From an uncultured Bacillota bacterium (GTDB lineage Bacteria > Bacillota_I > Bacilli_A > RF39 > UBA660), in assembly GCA_947168485.1 (NCBI GenBank), contig CAMVLZ010000005.1, forward strand, positions 1-61,292: a stretch of DNA of 61,292 nucleotides. The letters are read 5' to 3'. Shown here in pieces: positions 10,064 through 19,830 of the stretch. The stretch's first letter is position 1, and each line of letters opens with the position of its first letter. Below the pieces are notes generated by a model. That model worked only from the letters and a program-made list of their open reading frames with translations. It did not search any database and was not told the origin of the DNA. The position numbers and the translations under genes are program-made.

Positions 10064-10380
10064 ACAATATCCTCATCATCAATATTACCATCCATAGGTA
10101 AAGTTTTAATAATCATAGGCATCTCATTATTATCAATTTCTTTAACCTTAGGTATATTGATATTAACCATGGTTTTTCCATCAATTAACTCTTCTACAGG
10201 AACAATAACTTTACTAAGAGCTTTATTAACTTCTTCATCATACTTAGAATCTATATTACTCTTATTATTTTTCTTGATCTCTTTACCATTTTTAATATCA
10301 ATAATATTAATAATAATACCAGTAACAAAAGAAAGAATTATAATGATAACTAATATTATTATTTCAATTTTAATTAACAT
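10060..10380 (-). CDS. Small hypothetical membrane protein
   Basis: N-terminal TM. Its stop overlaps the srtB start. Confidence 0.45.
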   Translation of the reverse strand: MLIKIEIIILVIIIILSFVTGIIINIIDIKNGKEIKKNNKSNIDSKYDEEVNKALSKVIVPVEELIDGKTMVNINIPKVKEIDNNEMPMIIKTLPMDGNIDDEDIV

Positions 10381-10460
10381 AATATCCCTCCTCTTATTCT
10401 ATATAATCATTATACAACAACTATACATTTTTTTAAAGACAACCAAGTGTCTACAGTGTA

Positions 10461-10485
10461 AAGAAAAAAGGATTAAAAATCCTTT
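10461..10485 (-). terminator. Rho-independent terminator after the acyltransferase gene
   Basis: Stem AAAGGAT/ATCCTTT followed by a T-run on the minus strand. Confidence 0.55.
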
Positions 10486-11602
10486 ATTTCTTATAAACAA
10501 TCTTATGAAATATCTTAGTATTACCAAATTTAGTAATTAATGTATAAACAAAATATGAAATAATACCAAAAGCAAACGCTATCGCAAACCATTCTAAATA
10601 TAGTAAAAAGAATTTCAACATATTAGAAGAATATAATTCAACCCAAGGTACTCTTCTATACAAACCACGGAAGAAATCATTTTCATGTACAAGATAAATC
10701 ATAAAAGTAGTAGAAGCAATATAATTAATAATCTTAGAATTAGGTATCTTAATACGTTTAAATAATTCAAATATTAATACAGCTAAAGCAATAATTATAA
10801 AACTATAATTAGGTATATCATTTAATACATGTAAATAATGAGTTTTACCATTTATAATAGCTTTATTTATCGCACCAATAGTAACATTATAATAACTAAA
10901 CCAAATAAATAGATAACTAATAAATATTAATAAAATAATAATAGGTGTTCTAATATTTTTAAATGGTTCATACTTTTTAATATATCCTCCAAAAGAATAT
11001 AAGAATATTCCAGTTACAAATATATGAAGATGATCACTTAGTCCAGATAAAATATTAGCTAACCAAGAAATACTAATAATAGTAAATAAAATTAGTAGAA
11101 ATGCTTTATATTTATTCTTAGTTAATTTCTTTAAATATTTATTTAAAAATAACGATGCAAATATGATAATTCCTAAATAGTAACCAATGAACCACCATCC
11201 ACCATTAAACAAATAAACAGGTTGTAATCCAAGAAAAGATCTAGAATGAAAATAATAAAATGAAAAAGAACAAATAGTAATCAATATAGCCGCAAATAAA
11301 GCTTGAGTTAATAATTTTTTTATTGATTTAGATACATCTATCTTCTTACCTGCTAAGAAATATCCAGCTATAAGAATAAAAATACCATTCCCAATATTAC
11401 CAAATGACATGAATGTTTGAGGTATTAATAATTTTTTAAAAAAGTTTAAACTATCAAAATTATTCCATCCATGCATATATGTCATGTCACCTTTTAATTG
11501 AGGTAAAATTGAATGAAGAGTAACATGAAAAATTACTATCATTGCCATCGCAACAATTCTTAATAATTCAATATTAGACTGTCTTTCTTTTTTTACTTTC
11601 AT
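10484..11602 (-). CDS. Acyltransferase family 3 integral membrane protein
   Basis: Polytopic membrane protein with the QSNIELLRIVAMAMIVIFHV N-terminus typical of acyltransferase_3 / O-acetyltransferase proteins. Confidence 0.7.
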   Translation of the reverse strand: MKVKKERQSNIELLRIVAMAMIVIFHVTLHSILPQLKGDMTYMHGWNNFDSLNFFKKLLIPQTFMSFGNIGNGIFILIAGYFLAGKKIDVSKSIKKLLTQALFAAILITICSFSFYYFHSRSFLGLQPVYLFNGGWWFIGYYLGIIIFASLFLNKYLKKLTKNKYKAFLLILFTIISISWLANILSGLSDHLHIFVTGIFLYSFGGYIKKYEPFKNIRTPIIILLIFISYLFIWFSYYNVTIGAINKAIINGKTHYLHVLNDIPNYSFIIIALAVLIFELFKRIKIPNSKIINYIASTTFMIYLVHENDFFRGLYRRVPWVELYSSNMLKFFLLYLEWFAIAFAFGIISYFVYTLITKFGNTKIFHKIVYKK

Positions 11603-11653
11603 AACCTAGTCCCCCATAATTACTTAGAATTCTATTATAACATAGATAACAAA

Positions 11654-11679
11654 TTAAAAAAGATGATTTCTCATCTTTT
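11654..11679 (-). terminator. Rho-independent terminator after rseP
   Basis: Stem AAAGATGA/TCATCTTT followed by a T-run on the minus strand. Confidence 0.55.
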
Positions 11680-12742
11680 AAAACAATTTAATAATATCAC
11701 TAATAGTTATAACTACCATTAATAATAGAAGTAATATCATACCAACAGTATGTATCTTAGCTTCTATTTCTGGAGGTACTGGTTTTCCTCCTCTTAACAT
11801 TTCAATAATTATAAATACAATATGTCCTCCATCAAAAGCAGGTAATGGTAATAAGTTAATAAAACCAACATTTATACTTAAGAATGCTACTAAGAATAAT
11901 AATGAAGCAATACCAGATTCTTTTTGTTGACCAACTATTGAGTATATTCCAACTGGTCCAGATAACTGTTTAAGACTAATATGACCAGTAAATAAATATT
12001 TTACAGTTATACCCATTTGTCTACATAAACTTACACTCTTATTAAACATATAAGAAACACTATTAATAAAACCATAAGTCTTCTTTTGTTGCATCATAAT
12101 ACCATAAGTATATACTTCGTTACCATTAATCTTTTCTTTTTTAGGTTTAACATTAACAACAGTAGTACTATCATTATCTCTTTGAACAATAAACTCTGTC
12201 TTTTTCTTATGATCACCAACAGCCAAGTAAATAGAAATATCATCACTACTTTTAATTTTATGACCATCAATATATAAAACCTTATCTCCTGCTTCCAATC
12301 CAGCAGTAGCAGCAGCACTATCTTTTTGTACTTTAGTTATTACAGGATTTAAAGTATTACCACCCCATATTAAAGCAATTAAGAATAATATTAAAAACGC
12401 TGATATAAAGTTATTTCCTGCTCCAAAGAACATAATTAAAAATCTTTGGAAAGGAGTTTTAGATTGTAATCTCTTCTTTTTAGGAATCTTCTTTAACTCA
12501 TCATCTTCAACATCTTCTCCAGCCATAGCACAGAATCCACCTATTGGTATAGCTCTAAGAGAATATTCAGTCTCTTTACCCTTTTTAGACCATAATTTAG
12601 GTCCCATTCCTATCGCAAACTCATATACATAAACACCACATATCTTAGCCCATGTAAAATGACCTAATTCGTGTACAAAGACAATAAAACCTAGTATCAA
12701 TATAAATAACAAGATGTTAATAATAATATCCATGTAATTCAC
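11678..12742 (-). CDS. rseP: RIP (site-2) zinc metalloprotease, M50 family with a PDZ domain
   Basis: HELGHF motif, a PDZ-like segment (AAATAGLEAGDKVLYIDG), and NLLPLPAFDGGH. Confidence 0.9.
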   Translation of the reverse strand: MNYMDIIINILLFILILGFIVFVHELGHFTWAKICGVYVYEFAIGMGPKLWSKKGKETEYSLRAIPIGGFCAMAGEDVEDDELKKIPKKKRLQSKTPFQRFLIMFFGAGNNFISAFLILFLIALIWGGNTLNPVITKVQKDSAAATAGLEAGDKVLYIDGHKIKSSDDISIYLAVGDHKKKTEFIVQRDNDSTTVVNVKPKKEKINGNEVYTYGIMMQQKKTYGFINSVSYMFNKSVSLCRQMGITVKYLFTGHISLKQLSGPVGIYSIVGQQKESGIASLLFLVAFLSINVGFINLLPLPAFDGGHIVFIIIEMLRGGKPVPPEIEAKIHTVGMILLLLLMVVITISDIIKLF

Positions 12743-12745
12743 CCC

Positions 12746-13546
12746 TTAAATTAATTCAAATAATAAAATATATGCAATAACAATAAATATAATACTATCA
12801 AGTCTATCTAATATACCACCATGTCCTGGTATCAAATTACCAAAATCTTTTTGATCAAAATATCTCTTAATATTAGAAAATACTAAGTCACCACATTGAC
12901 CAATAATAGATAATAATAAAGTAACTAAAATAATATAAATAATATTAACACTACTATTAATAACAGTAATATAAAAAGCTACTCCAACAAAAGTTCCCAT
13001 CAAAGAACCACCAACACTACCTTCAACAGTCTTTTTAGGACTAATAGATGGACATAATTTATGTTTACCAATCAAAGCACCAGTAAACAATGCAAAAGTA
13101 TCAGTAATAATACTAATAGCTAATAAATATAATAAATAATTAATATCATGATTTCTAGTTAATATAATCATATTAAAACTTAAACCAATAAACATAACAG
13201 CCCCAACTAAATATAAAGCATCCATTACACTATATTTATCATTATTATTAATAAAAATAACAGGTAATAAGAACACAAATATAACAACTGCTATCATCTG
13301 ATAACTAATTATATAATTAGAACTAAATAACATAGTATTATTCAAACATAATACAGTAACCGCAGCATATGAAATCAATTTCATAAGAAGAGGTATCTTA
13401 TTCTTTTTATCTTTAATATGTATCATTTCATATAAAGCAAGTAAACCTAGTATAGTAAAGAATACTCTAAAAGGAACTCCACCTAAATATAAAAATGGTA
13501 TAAATACAATAGCAATTAGTATTGCACTAATAATTCTAGTCTTCAT
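12746..13546 (-). CDS. cdsA: Phosphatidate cytidylyltransferase
   Basis: C-terminal signature SNIKRYFDQKDFGNLIPGHGGILDRLDS. Polytopic membrane protein. Confidence 0.9.
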   Translation of the reverse strand: MKTRIISAILIAIVFIPFLYLGGVPFRVFFTILGLLALYEMIHIKDKKNKIPLLMKLISYAAVTVLCLNNTMLFSSNYIISYQMIAVVIFVFLLPVIFINNNDKYSVMDALYLVGAVMFIGLSFNMIILTRNHDINYLLYLLAISIITDTFALFTGALIGKHKLCPSISPKKTVEGSVGGSLMGTFVGVAFYITVINSSVNIIYIILVTLLLSIIGQCGDLVFSNIKRYFDQKDFGNLIPGHGGILDRLDSIIFIVIAYILLFELI

Positions 13547-14250
13547 TATACTCCTCCAAATCTTCTATTTCTATCATTAAAAGCCTCTATAGCTTTATCA
13601 AATTCATCATTATGAAAATCAGGAAAATAAGTTCTAGTAAAATAAAACTCTGCATAACTTAACTGATATAACATAAAATTACTTAATCTCAATTCACCAC
13701 TAGTTCTAATTAATAAATCAACATCAGGTAAATCATTATATAAATTCTGTCTTACCAATTCTTCATCTATATCATCCAAACTAATCTCATCAGATTTATA
13801 CATAGAAGCAATCTTCTTAGTCATATCAACTATCTCACTACGAGAACCATAATTTAGACATACATTTAATACTAATCCTGTATTATCTTTACTCTTTTCT
13901 TCTATATCTCTCATAGCTTTTAAAACTTTTTTAGAAAGAGGTTCTTCTCTACCAGAGAATACTATTCTAACATTATTACTCAATATAAATTCAAACTCAT
14001 TAGTAAACATTTCAATAAATAGATTCATCAAAAAATCTACTTCAGTTTTACTTCTCTTAAAATTTTCTGTAGAAAAAGCATAAACAGATGCATACTTAAT
14101 ACCTATATCATTCATATGAATTGCTAACTCTTTTAAAGTATTAGCTCCTTCTCTATGACCATCTGTTCTAGGTCTACCTTTCTCAGTAGCCCAACGCCCA
14201 TTTCCATCCATTATAATTCCAACATGAGTTGGTATTTTCATTTCATTCAT
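13546..14250 (-). CDS. uppS: Undecaprenyl diphosphate synthase (cis-prenyltransferase)
   Basis: HVGIIMDGNGRWA, YAFSTENFKR and LLIRTSGELRLSNFMLYQ motifs. Confidence 0.95.
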   Translation of the reverse strand: MNEMKIPTHVGIIMDGNGRWATEKGRPRTDGHREGANTLKELAIHMNDIGIKYASVYAFSTENFKRSKTEVDFLMNLFIEMFTNEFEFILSNNVRIVFSGREEPLSKKVLKAMRDIEEKSKDNTGLVLNVCLNYGSRSEIVDMTKKIASMYKSDEISLDDIDEELVRQNLYNDLPDVDLLIRTSGELRLSNFMLYQLSYAEFYFTRTYFPDFHNDEFDKAIEAFNDRNRRFGGV

Positions 14251-14323
14251 AAATTAAACCATCCTCAATGAGTATTATACACTATCAAAGAATAAAAAGT
14301 AAACACGAGTTGACATAGTACAT

Positions 14324-14346
14324 AAAAAAAATACACTAACGTGTAT
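14324..14346 (-). terminator. Rho-independent terminator after the KH-domain gene
   Basis: Stem ATACAC/GTGTAT followed by T7 on the minus strand. Confidence 0.6.
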
Positions 14347-14347
14347 C

Positions 14348-14596
14348 TTAAAATTTATCAATATTTATTTTTACATATTTGTTATCTTGTAATGCTGAAC
14401 TAGCTTGTACTAAAGTTCTAATTGCATTAGCACTTCTACCATTCTTACCAATAACTCTACCCATATCTTCATCAGCAACAATTACTTGAATTAATATAGT
14501 ATTTTCATCTTCAGAATCAAACTCTTTAACACTAACAGCATCCTCATCAACAACAATACTTTTTACTAAATATTCTGTTAAAGCTATTAAATCCAT
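14348..14596 (-). CDS. khpA: KH-domain RNA-binding protein (YlqC/KhpA family)
   Basis: 82 aa with VIGKNGRSANAIRTL (GXXG KH motif), immediately downstream of rpsP as in other Firmicutes. Confidence 0.85.
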   Translation of the reverse strand: MDLIALTEYLVKSIVVDEDAVSVKEFDSEDENTILIQVIVADEDMGRVIGKNGRSANAIRTLVQASSALQDNKYVKINIDKF

Positions 14597-14597
14597 A

Positions 14598-14873
14598 TTA
14601 CTTATCCTTCTTTACTTTAGAATCAGCAAATTTCTTCATGATTCCAGATTTACTTAATAAATTTTTAACAGTATCAGTAGGAATAGCTCCTCTATTTAAC
14701 CATTTTAAAGCAACTTCTTCATTAATATTAACTTTACTATCATTAACAGGTTCATAAGTTCCTACTAATTCAATATATTCTCCATCTCTCTTTCTACGAG
14801 AGTCAGTTGCAACAATTCTATAAAAAGGTCTACCTTTAGCACCCATTCTTGTTAATCTTAATTTAACTGCCAT
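14598..14873 (-). CDS. rpsP: 30S ribosomal protein S16
   Basis: [22 protein letters not shown]. Start moved to the ATG at 14873, preceded by GGAGGAG. The upstream extension in the ORF track is spurious. Confidence 0.95.
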   Translation of the reverse strand: MAVKLRLTRMGAKGRPFYRIVATDSRRKRDGEYIELVGTYEPVNDSKVNINEEVALKWLNRGAIPTDTVKNLLSKSGIMKKFADSKVKKDK

Positions 14874-14954
14874 TTTCTCTCCTCCTTCCAAAATCAAATA
14901 TATTATATTATATAAATTATAGGTTGTCAACCATTTATAGTTAACAAAAAAGAA

Positions 14955-15785
14955 CTACTTAGTCATAGTAGTCCCTTGTTTTACTGGTTCTGGAGGAAAC
15001 ATTCCAGCCATATCTTTATCTTTAGCTAATCCATTTATACGATTTCTTAACTTTTCAGCATTAACTTTCGCAATCGCAATAGCTCTAGCTCCTTTGATAA
15101 ATGACTTTCCATCCATTTGATTTAATATTTCTCTAGCCTTTTCAGCTTTTCTCTTATAATAACTAACTTTAACTTCTCTAGCTTTTTCAATTAAAGTAGA
15201 AACAACTCCATCTGATTCTTTAGAAGAATTAATTTTCTCTTGAATTGCTTCAGCTTTAGCTTCAGCAGTTGCTACTTTAGCACTTTGTTTTACAATTCCT
15301 CTAGTCTTTATTTTCTCTATATTATTCTTAGCTATTATCATAGTTCTTTGTCTATTACCAAGTCTAATACTCTTCTTATGTAATCTATTTAATTCATTTT
15401 CTTTTATCTTAATCTTAGTATCTAGAACCATTTTTTCAGCAAAGTCAGCAGTATTATTCTTTTGAGCAGTCAACTTATCAATTTCTTTCTCAACAGCATC
15501 ATACTGTTCACTTAACTCATCCATTTTTTCACTATTATGTTGAGATAAAGCATTATCCATACCTAACTCTTCTAAATTTTGAGCTTTACTAACTTCTTTT
15601 AATTTAATTGTTAATCTTTCAAGTTCAGCAGTAATTTCAGCTTTTCTATTCTCAATATTATTAATAAAAGATTTATGTCTAGTAAGATCATTATTAATAT
15701 GTTCTAATTCATTTTGTAAATCAGTAATATATCTTTTTAAAGAATCTGTATATATAAACTTAGTACTCTCAAATCCATCATTCAT
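14955..15785 (-). CDS. Hypothetical coiled-coil protein
   Basis: 276-aa ORF with heptad-like charged sequence. No TM or signal peptide. Its stop overlaps the upstream gene. Confidence 0.5.
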   Translation of the reverse strand: MNDGFESTKFIYTDSLKRYITDLQNELEHINNDLTRHKSFINNIENRKAEITAELERLTIKLKEVSKAQNLEELGMDNALSQHNSEKMDELSEQYDAVEKEIDKLTAQKNNTADFAEKMVLDTKIKIKENELNRLHKKSIRLGNRQRTMIIAKNNIEKIKTRGIVKQSAKVATAEAKAEAIQEKINSSKESDGVVSTLIEKAREVKVSYYKRKAEKAREILNQMDGKSFIKGARAIAIAKVNAEKLRNRINGLAKDKDMAGMFPPEPVKQGTTMTK

Positions 15786-16075
15786 TAAGCCTCACCTAAA
15801 CTTTCAAGATTCTCTGATATAGCTTTATTTACAGCATCCCATTCAGTTTGATCACTAATCTCAACTAAATTAAAATCTTCACCAGCATCAACTATCTTAG
15901 AAATATATACTCTTTCATTATCCGCATCTACAGCCTCACCAAAAGAATACATAATATAATTATTTTCACCATATCCTTCTACTTGAAATATATCATAAAC
16001 TTCAGCTCTATATTTTTTACCCTCATCATCAGTAACTACAATATGATTATCAAAAGTACCTTGATTATTATCCAT
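15785..16075 (-). CDS. DUF1292/UPF0473-like small acidic protein
   Basis: The pattern VVTDDEGKKYRAEVYDIFQVEG..YIMYSFGE...EWDAVNKAI is typical of this family. Start set at MDNNQG, preceded by AGGTGGTGA. Confidence 0.65.
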   Translation of the reverse strand: MDNNQGTFDNHIVVTDDEGKKYRAEVYDIFQVEGYGENNYIMYSFGEAVDADNERVYISKIVDAGEDFNLVEISDQTEWDAVNKAISENLESLGEA

Positions 16076-16132
16076 ATTAATCACCACCTACTATTCTATA
16101 TAAATTATACACTTGAGAATAACTTAAGTCAA

Positions 16133-16540
16133 TTAATTATCATTCAATTTCCTAGTCTTAACAAATAATAAAATACTACTAATTATTCCCAATATTATTA
16201 ATACTATTCCAGGAATCATTCCCCTATAATTTATTACTTTCTTCCTACTCAAATTATCTAAATTTATATCTAAATCAGCTTTCTCACTATTATATTTATC
16301 TATACTATTACTAATAGAATAATACTTTTTACTTTTACCATTTTTCTTTAATTCAATCTTCTGTTCTTTCTTTAATTTATTTAATTTATTATTTATATCA
16401 TTACTACGTACTTTTATACTATTAACTTCTTTTAAATCTTTCTTTGTATAAACTAATTTATTATTACTATGAATAATAATACCTCCAATAATAATACTAA
16501 TAACAAGAACACTTATACAAATAATATAACCCTTCTTCAT
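16133..16540 (-). CDS. Hypothetical membrane protein (N- and C-terminal TM helices with a coiled coil between)
   Basis: Start set at MKKGYIICISVLV. Two hydrophobic helices. Confidence 0.45.
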   Translation of the reverse strand: MKKGYIICISVLVISIIIGGIIIHSNNKLVYTKKDLKEVNSIKVRSNDINNKLNKLKKEQKIELKKNGKSKKYYSISNSIDKYNSEKADLDINLDNLSRKKVINYRGMIPGIVLIILGIISSILLFVKTRKLNDN

Positions 16541-16580
16541 ATTATCACCATAATTATTATAACATAATAAAATGAAAGTA

Positions 16581-16898
16581 TTAATTACTTTCATTTATTA
16601 CTTTATTAAAATAATCATTTAATTCATCATTAACATAACTAATCATTTGATTAACTTCTTCTAAATATTTATTATAACTATTATATATAGGATAACTATT
16701 AAGTGTATTAATCTTATCATCTAATTCTTTCTTTATAGATTCATTATTATTCTTAATATACTTTTTCTGTAAAGATTTAACTTCTTCTATTAAATTATTT
16801 AACTCAGTATTATGAGACATCTGTTCTCTTAATTTGATAGTGTTTTTATAACTATCAGTATTAGTAATATAATCTATTATTTTATTTAACTCTTCCAT
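16581..16898 (-). CDS. YlbF/YmcA-family regulatory protein
   Basis: 105-aa helical protein. Its position immediately downstream of miaB mirrors the B. subtilis ymcB(miaB)-ymcA pair. The family call rests on general sequence pattern only. Confidence 0.6.
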   Translation of the reverse strand: MEELNKIIDYITNTDSYKNTIKLREQMSHNTELNNLIEEVKSLQKKYIKNNNESIKKELDDKINTLNSYPIYNSYNKYLEEVNQMISYVNDELNDYFNKVINESN

Positions 16899-18294
16899 CT
16901 ATACTCCAAGTATGAACTTCATCTATTAATACATCAACTATATCACCAAAATTAAGTTCTTTATCACTATGAAAATTAACAAGTTTATTAGTATCACTAT
17001 ATCCATAATAAATATTTTTCTTATCACTAATACCCTCTACTAATACAGGTAATACTTCTCCTAATAATTTATTATTATTCTCTAAGAAATATTTATTCAC
17101 AACTTCATTAAGTCTTTGTAATCTATCTTCTCTAACCTCCATAGGAATAGAATCTTTAAGTCTACAAGCAGGAGTACCTTCTCTTTCACTATAGATAAAA
17201 GTAAAAGCATTATCATATTTACAATAATTAACTAAATCAAGTGTCTCTTCAAAATCTTCCTCAGTCTCACCAGGAAAACCTACGATAATATCAGTTGATA
17301 CAGTAACTCTAGATATCTTATTTTTAATCTTATCAAACAATTCCAAATAAGACTCTTTAGTATATCTTCTACCCATTAATTTTAATATCTTATTAGATCC
17401 ACTTTGTACAGGTAAATGAATACTAGGCATAATATTATCATACTTCGCAATAACATCAATCATCTTATCAGTAAAATCCCAAGGATGAGAAGTCATAAAT
17501 CTAATTCTAGGAATACCTGTTTTAGCTATATCTTCAAGTAATTCACCCATATGATAATCATCATATAAATCTTTTCCATAAGCATTAACATTTTGTCCTA
17601 AAATAGTAATCTCTTTATAACCATCTTTTACTAAAGATTTAACTTCTTTTAAGATATCTTCTTTCTTTCTACTTCTCTCTTTTCCTCTAGTATAAGGAAC
17701 TATACAATAAGTACAAAACTTATCACAACCATAGATAATATTAACATATGCTTTATATTTATTACTTCTAATAACAGGTAAATCTTCAACTAAATCTTGT
17801 TCACGAGAATATACTTCTATTTGTCTATCATCACTAGAAAAAGCTCTATCAACCAATTCAGGTAACTTATCTAAATTATGAGTACCAAATACTAAATTAA
17901 CAAATTTGTAATTTTTTAATAACTCTTCACAAACACCAGTCTCTTGAGCCATACATCCACAAAGACCTATTACTATATTAGGTTTACTTTGTTTTAAATG
18001 TTTAAATCTACCTAACATACCAAATGCTTTATTATGAGCATTCTCTCTAATACTACAAGTATTAAGAAGTAAAAAATCAGCATCCTTATAATCATCTACT
18101 CTTTCAAAGCCTAATTGTTCTAACATTGCAACAAGTGTCTCAGAATCTCTTTCATTCATTTGACAACCATAAGTCTTCAAGAAAAACTTTTTACCTTTAT
18201 ATTTACCAATACAATTAGAATCTATATCATATTTAACAGTTTTATATTTTCTTTTATCACGAGTTGCCTCTTCTCTTCTATCAGGTAATAACAT
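16882..18294 (-). CDS. miaB: tRNA-i6A37 methylthiotransferase (radical SAM)
   Basis: N-terminal UPF0004 Cys triad (YGCQMNERD, NTCSIRENA, GCMAQE), radical-SAM motif YGCDKFCTYCIVP, and a TRAM-like C-terminus. Confidence 0.95.
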   Translation of the reverse strand: MLLPDRREEATRDKRKYKTVKYDIDSNCIGKYKGKKFFLKTYGCQMNERDSETLVAMLEQLGFERVDDYKDADFLLLNTCSIRENAHNKAFGMLGRFKHLKQSKPNIVIGLCGCMAQETGVCEELLKNYKFVNLVFGTHNLDKLPELVDRAFSSDDRQIEVYSREQDLVEDLPVIRSNKYKAYVNIIYGCDKFCTYCIVPYTRGKERSRKKEDILKEVKSLVKDGYKEITILGQNVNAYGKDLYDDYHMGELLEDIAKTGIPRIRFMTSHPWDFTDKMIDVIAKYDNIMPSIHLPVQSGSNKILKLMGRRYTKESYLELFDKIKNKISRVTVSTDIIVGFPGETEEDFEETLDLVNYCKYDNAFTFIYSEREGTPACRLKDSIPMEVREDRLQRLNEVVNKYFLENNNKLLGEVLPVLVEGISDKKNIYYGYSDTNKLVNFHSDKELNFGDIVDVLIDEVHTWSIDGRVK

Positions 18295-18297
18295 AAT

Positions 18298-19728
18298 TCA
18301 CCCCCTAAATGTTTCTAAATAATACTTACTTCTATAAGCAAGTTCTCTATCAAATTTCTTATATCCATATTTTTCCATTAATGTTTTTTCATTAGAATAT
18401 AAATTAGTACCTAAACCTAATCTATTACCCTCAATTTCTACTCCTAAAGCACCTAAAGTAGTAGGAAACATATCAAGTGTAGAAAACTCTCTATTATGAT
18501 TTCTAGAAGTACTAGGACCATTAATAATTAGATTATATACTCTTCTTTTATCTTTACTCTTAAAATAATGATTTTGCATAGTATAATGATCTCCACTAAT
18601 AACAATGACAGTATCTTTATAAAAATCTTGTTTTTGTACCCATCTTAAGAAATCATTAATCTCTTTAGAATTACAATATACTGAGTTAGAATAAGCATCC
18701 TTATACTTTTTCTTACAACTCTTATCAGTATATCCATCTTGTACATGAGTATTTGAAGTTAATAAAGTAAAATTAAATGGTTTATCTTTAGAACTTAACT
18801 CAGTTAATTCATTCTTAGCTAAATCTAAAAGTGTCTTATCTTCAACACCCCACCATTCTTTATAATCTTTATCAATCTTTCCTTCATCTATTAAATTATA
18901 ATAATCTTGTACTTTAAAATTACCATGTCCTTTAATAAAGTTTAATCTATTACCAAACTTCGCATCACTACCAAGCATCCATTCTTGATTATAACCCTCA
19001 TTCTCTAAAATATCTCCAATACCAACTGCTTTATCTTCCATAGTCCTATAACTAGCACGAAGCTTTAAAGGTATTCCACAAGACATTGATATTATCGCAG
19101 CACTAGTCCAATAAGTACCATAAACACCTCTAGCTCCACCAAACTTATCAGTATCAGAAAAATTAACATTCTCTTTACTTATTTCAGTTAAAGGTTCTAA
19201 TAAATTACTATCTCTAGAACCACCCAAATCTTTAGAGAAAAAACTACTCTCATAAGATTCTAAGTATAAATAAATTAAATTCTTTTTCTTATCAGGAAAC
19301 TTAATCTCAACACTATTCGGATCAACATAATTCTTCTCTATAAATTTAGAATTAGTTAATTGAACCTCTACATATTGATAAAAATCAAATTTACCCAAAC
19401 AATATATAGGTATAAATAAACCAATAATAATCAAAATAAAAGTATAAATCTTTCTATAAGTAAATTTATTCTTATTAGTTAAATATCTATAAATATATTT
19501 AATAATTATAAAAGAAATAACACTAATTACTAAAGCAGGAATTAATGCATTAACATAAAATACCCTTAATATATTTTCTTCTGTACTTAATATAGGAGTT
19601 CTAAGTTGAAATAATATCTCATCAAAATTAACATTACCAAATTGAGCTAATCCCCATCTAGTTAATGCTATACTAAATGATAATAAGAGTACAACTATAT
19701 ATAATAAAATATTCTTAATAATTTTCAT
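18298..19728 (-). CDS. LTA synthase-family sulfatase-fold membrane protein (phosphoglycerol transferase-like)
   Basis: N-terminal TM helices followed by an extracellular alkaline-phosphatase/sulfatase-like domain (LYLESYES, TNTHVQDGY, SGDHY). Confidence 0.7.
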   Translation of the reverse strand: MKIIKNILLYIVVLLLSFSIALTRWGLAQFGNVNFDEILFQLRTPILSTEENILRVFYVNALIPALVISVISFIIIKYIYRYLTNKNKFTYRKIYTFILIIIGLFIPIYCLGKFDFYQYVEVQLTNSKFIEKNYVDPNSVEIKFPDKKKNLIYLYLESYESSFFSKDLGGSRDSNLLEPLTEISKENVNFSDTDKFGGARGVYGTYWTSAAIISMSCGIPLKLRASYRTMEDKAVGIGDILENEGYNQEWMLGSDAKFGNRLNFIKGHGNFKVQDYYNLIDEGKIDKDYKEWWGVEDKTLLDLAKNELTELSSKDKPFNFTLLTSNTHVQDGYTDKSCKKKYKDAYSNSVYCNSKEINDFLRWVQKQDFYKDTVIVISGDHYTMQNHYFKSKDKRRVYNLIINGPSTSRNHNREFSTLDMFPTTLGALGVEIEGNRLGLGTNLYSNEKTLMEKYGYKKFDRELAYRSKYYLETFRG

Positions 19729-19743
19729 ATTTTCGCCTCACAA

Positions 19744-19773
19744 AATAAGAATGTACAAAAGTACATTCTTATT
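19744..19773. terminator. Perfect 13-bp hairpin in the ankyrin/LTA-synthase intergenic region
   Basis: AATAAGAATGTAC-aaaa-GTACATTCTTATT. Only a short T-run on either side. Confidence 0.4.
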
Positions 19774-19804
19774 ATATCATATGTTTTTATTAATAAAAAT
19801 CCCA

Positions 19805-19830
19805 TAATAAAAAGAGGAATATTTCCTCTT
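19805..19830 (-). terminator. Rho-independent terminator after the ankyrin gene
   Basis: Stem AAGAGGAA/TTCCTCTT followed by a T-rich tail on the minus strand. Confidence 0.55.

Noticed and set aside
19744-19773. A perfect 13-bp inverted repeat, considered as a possible MITE end, recombination site or small RNA.
   Set aside because: It is a single copy in the window with no flanking direct repeats. Its position between a gene end and the next gene start fits a transcription terminator or RNA-stabilising hairpin.
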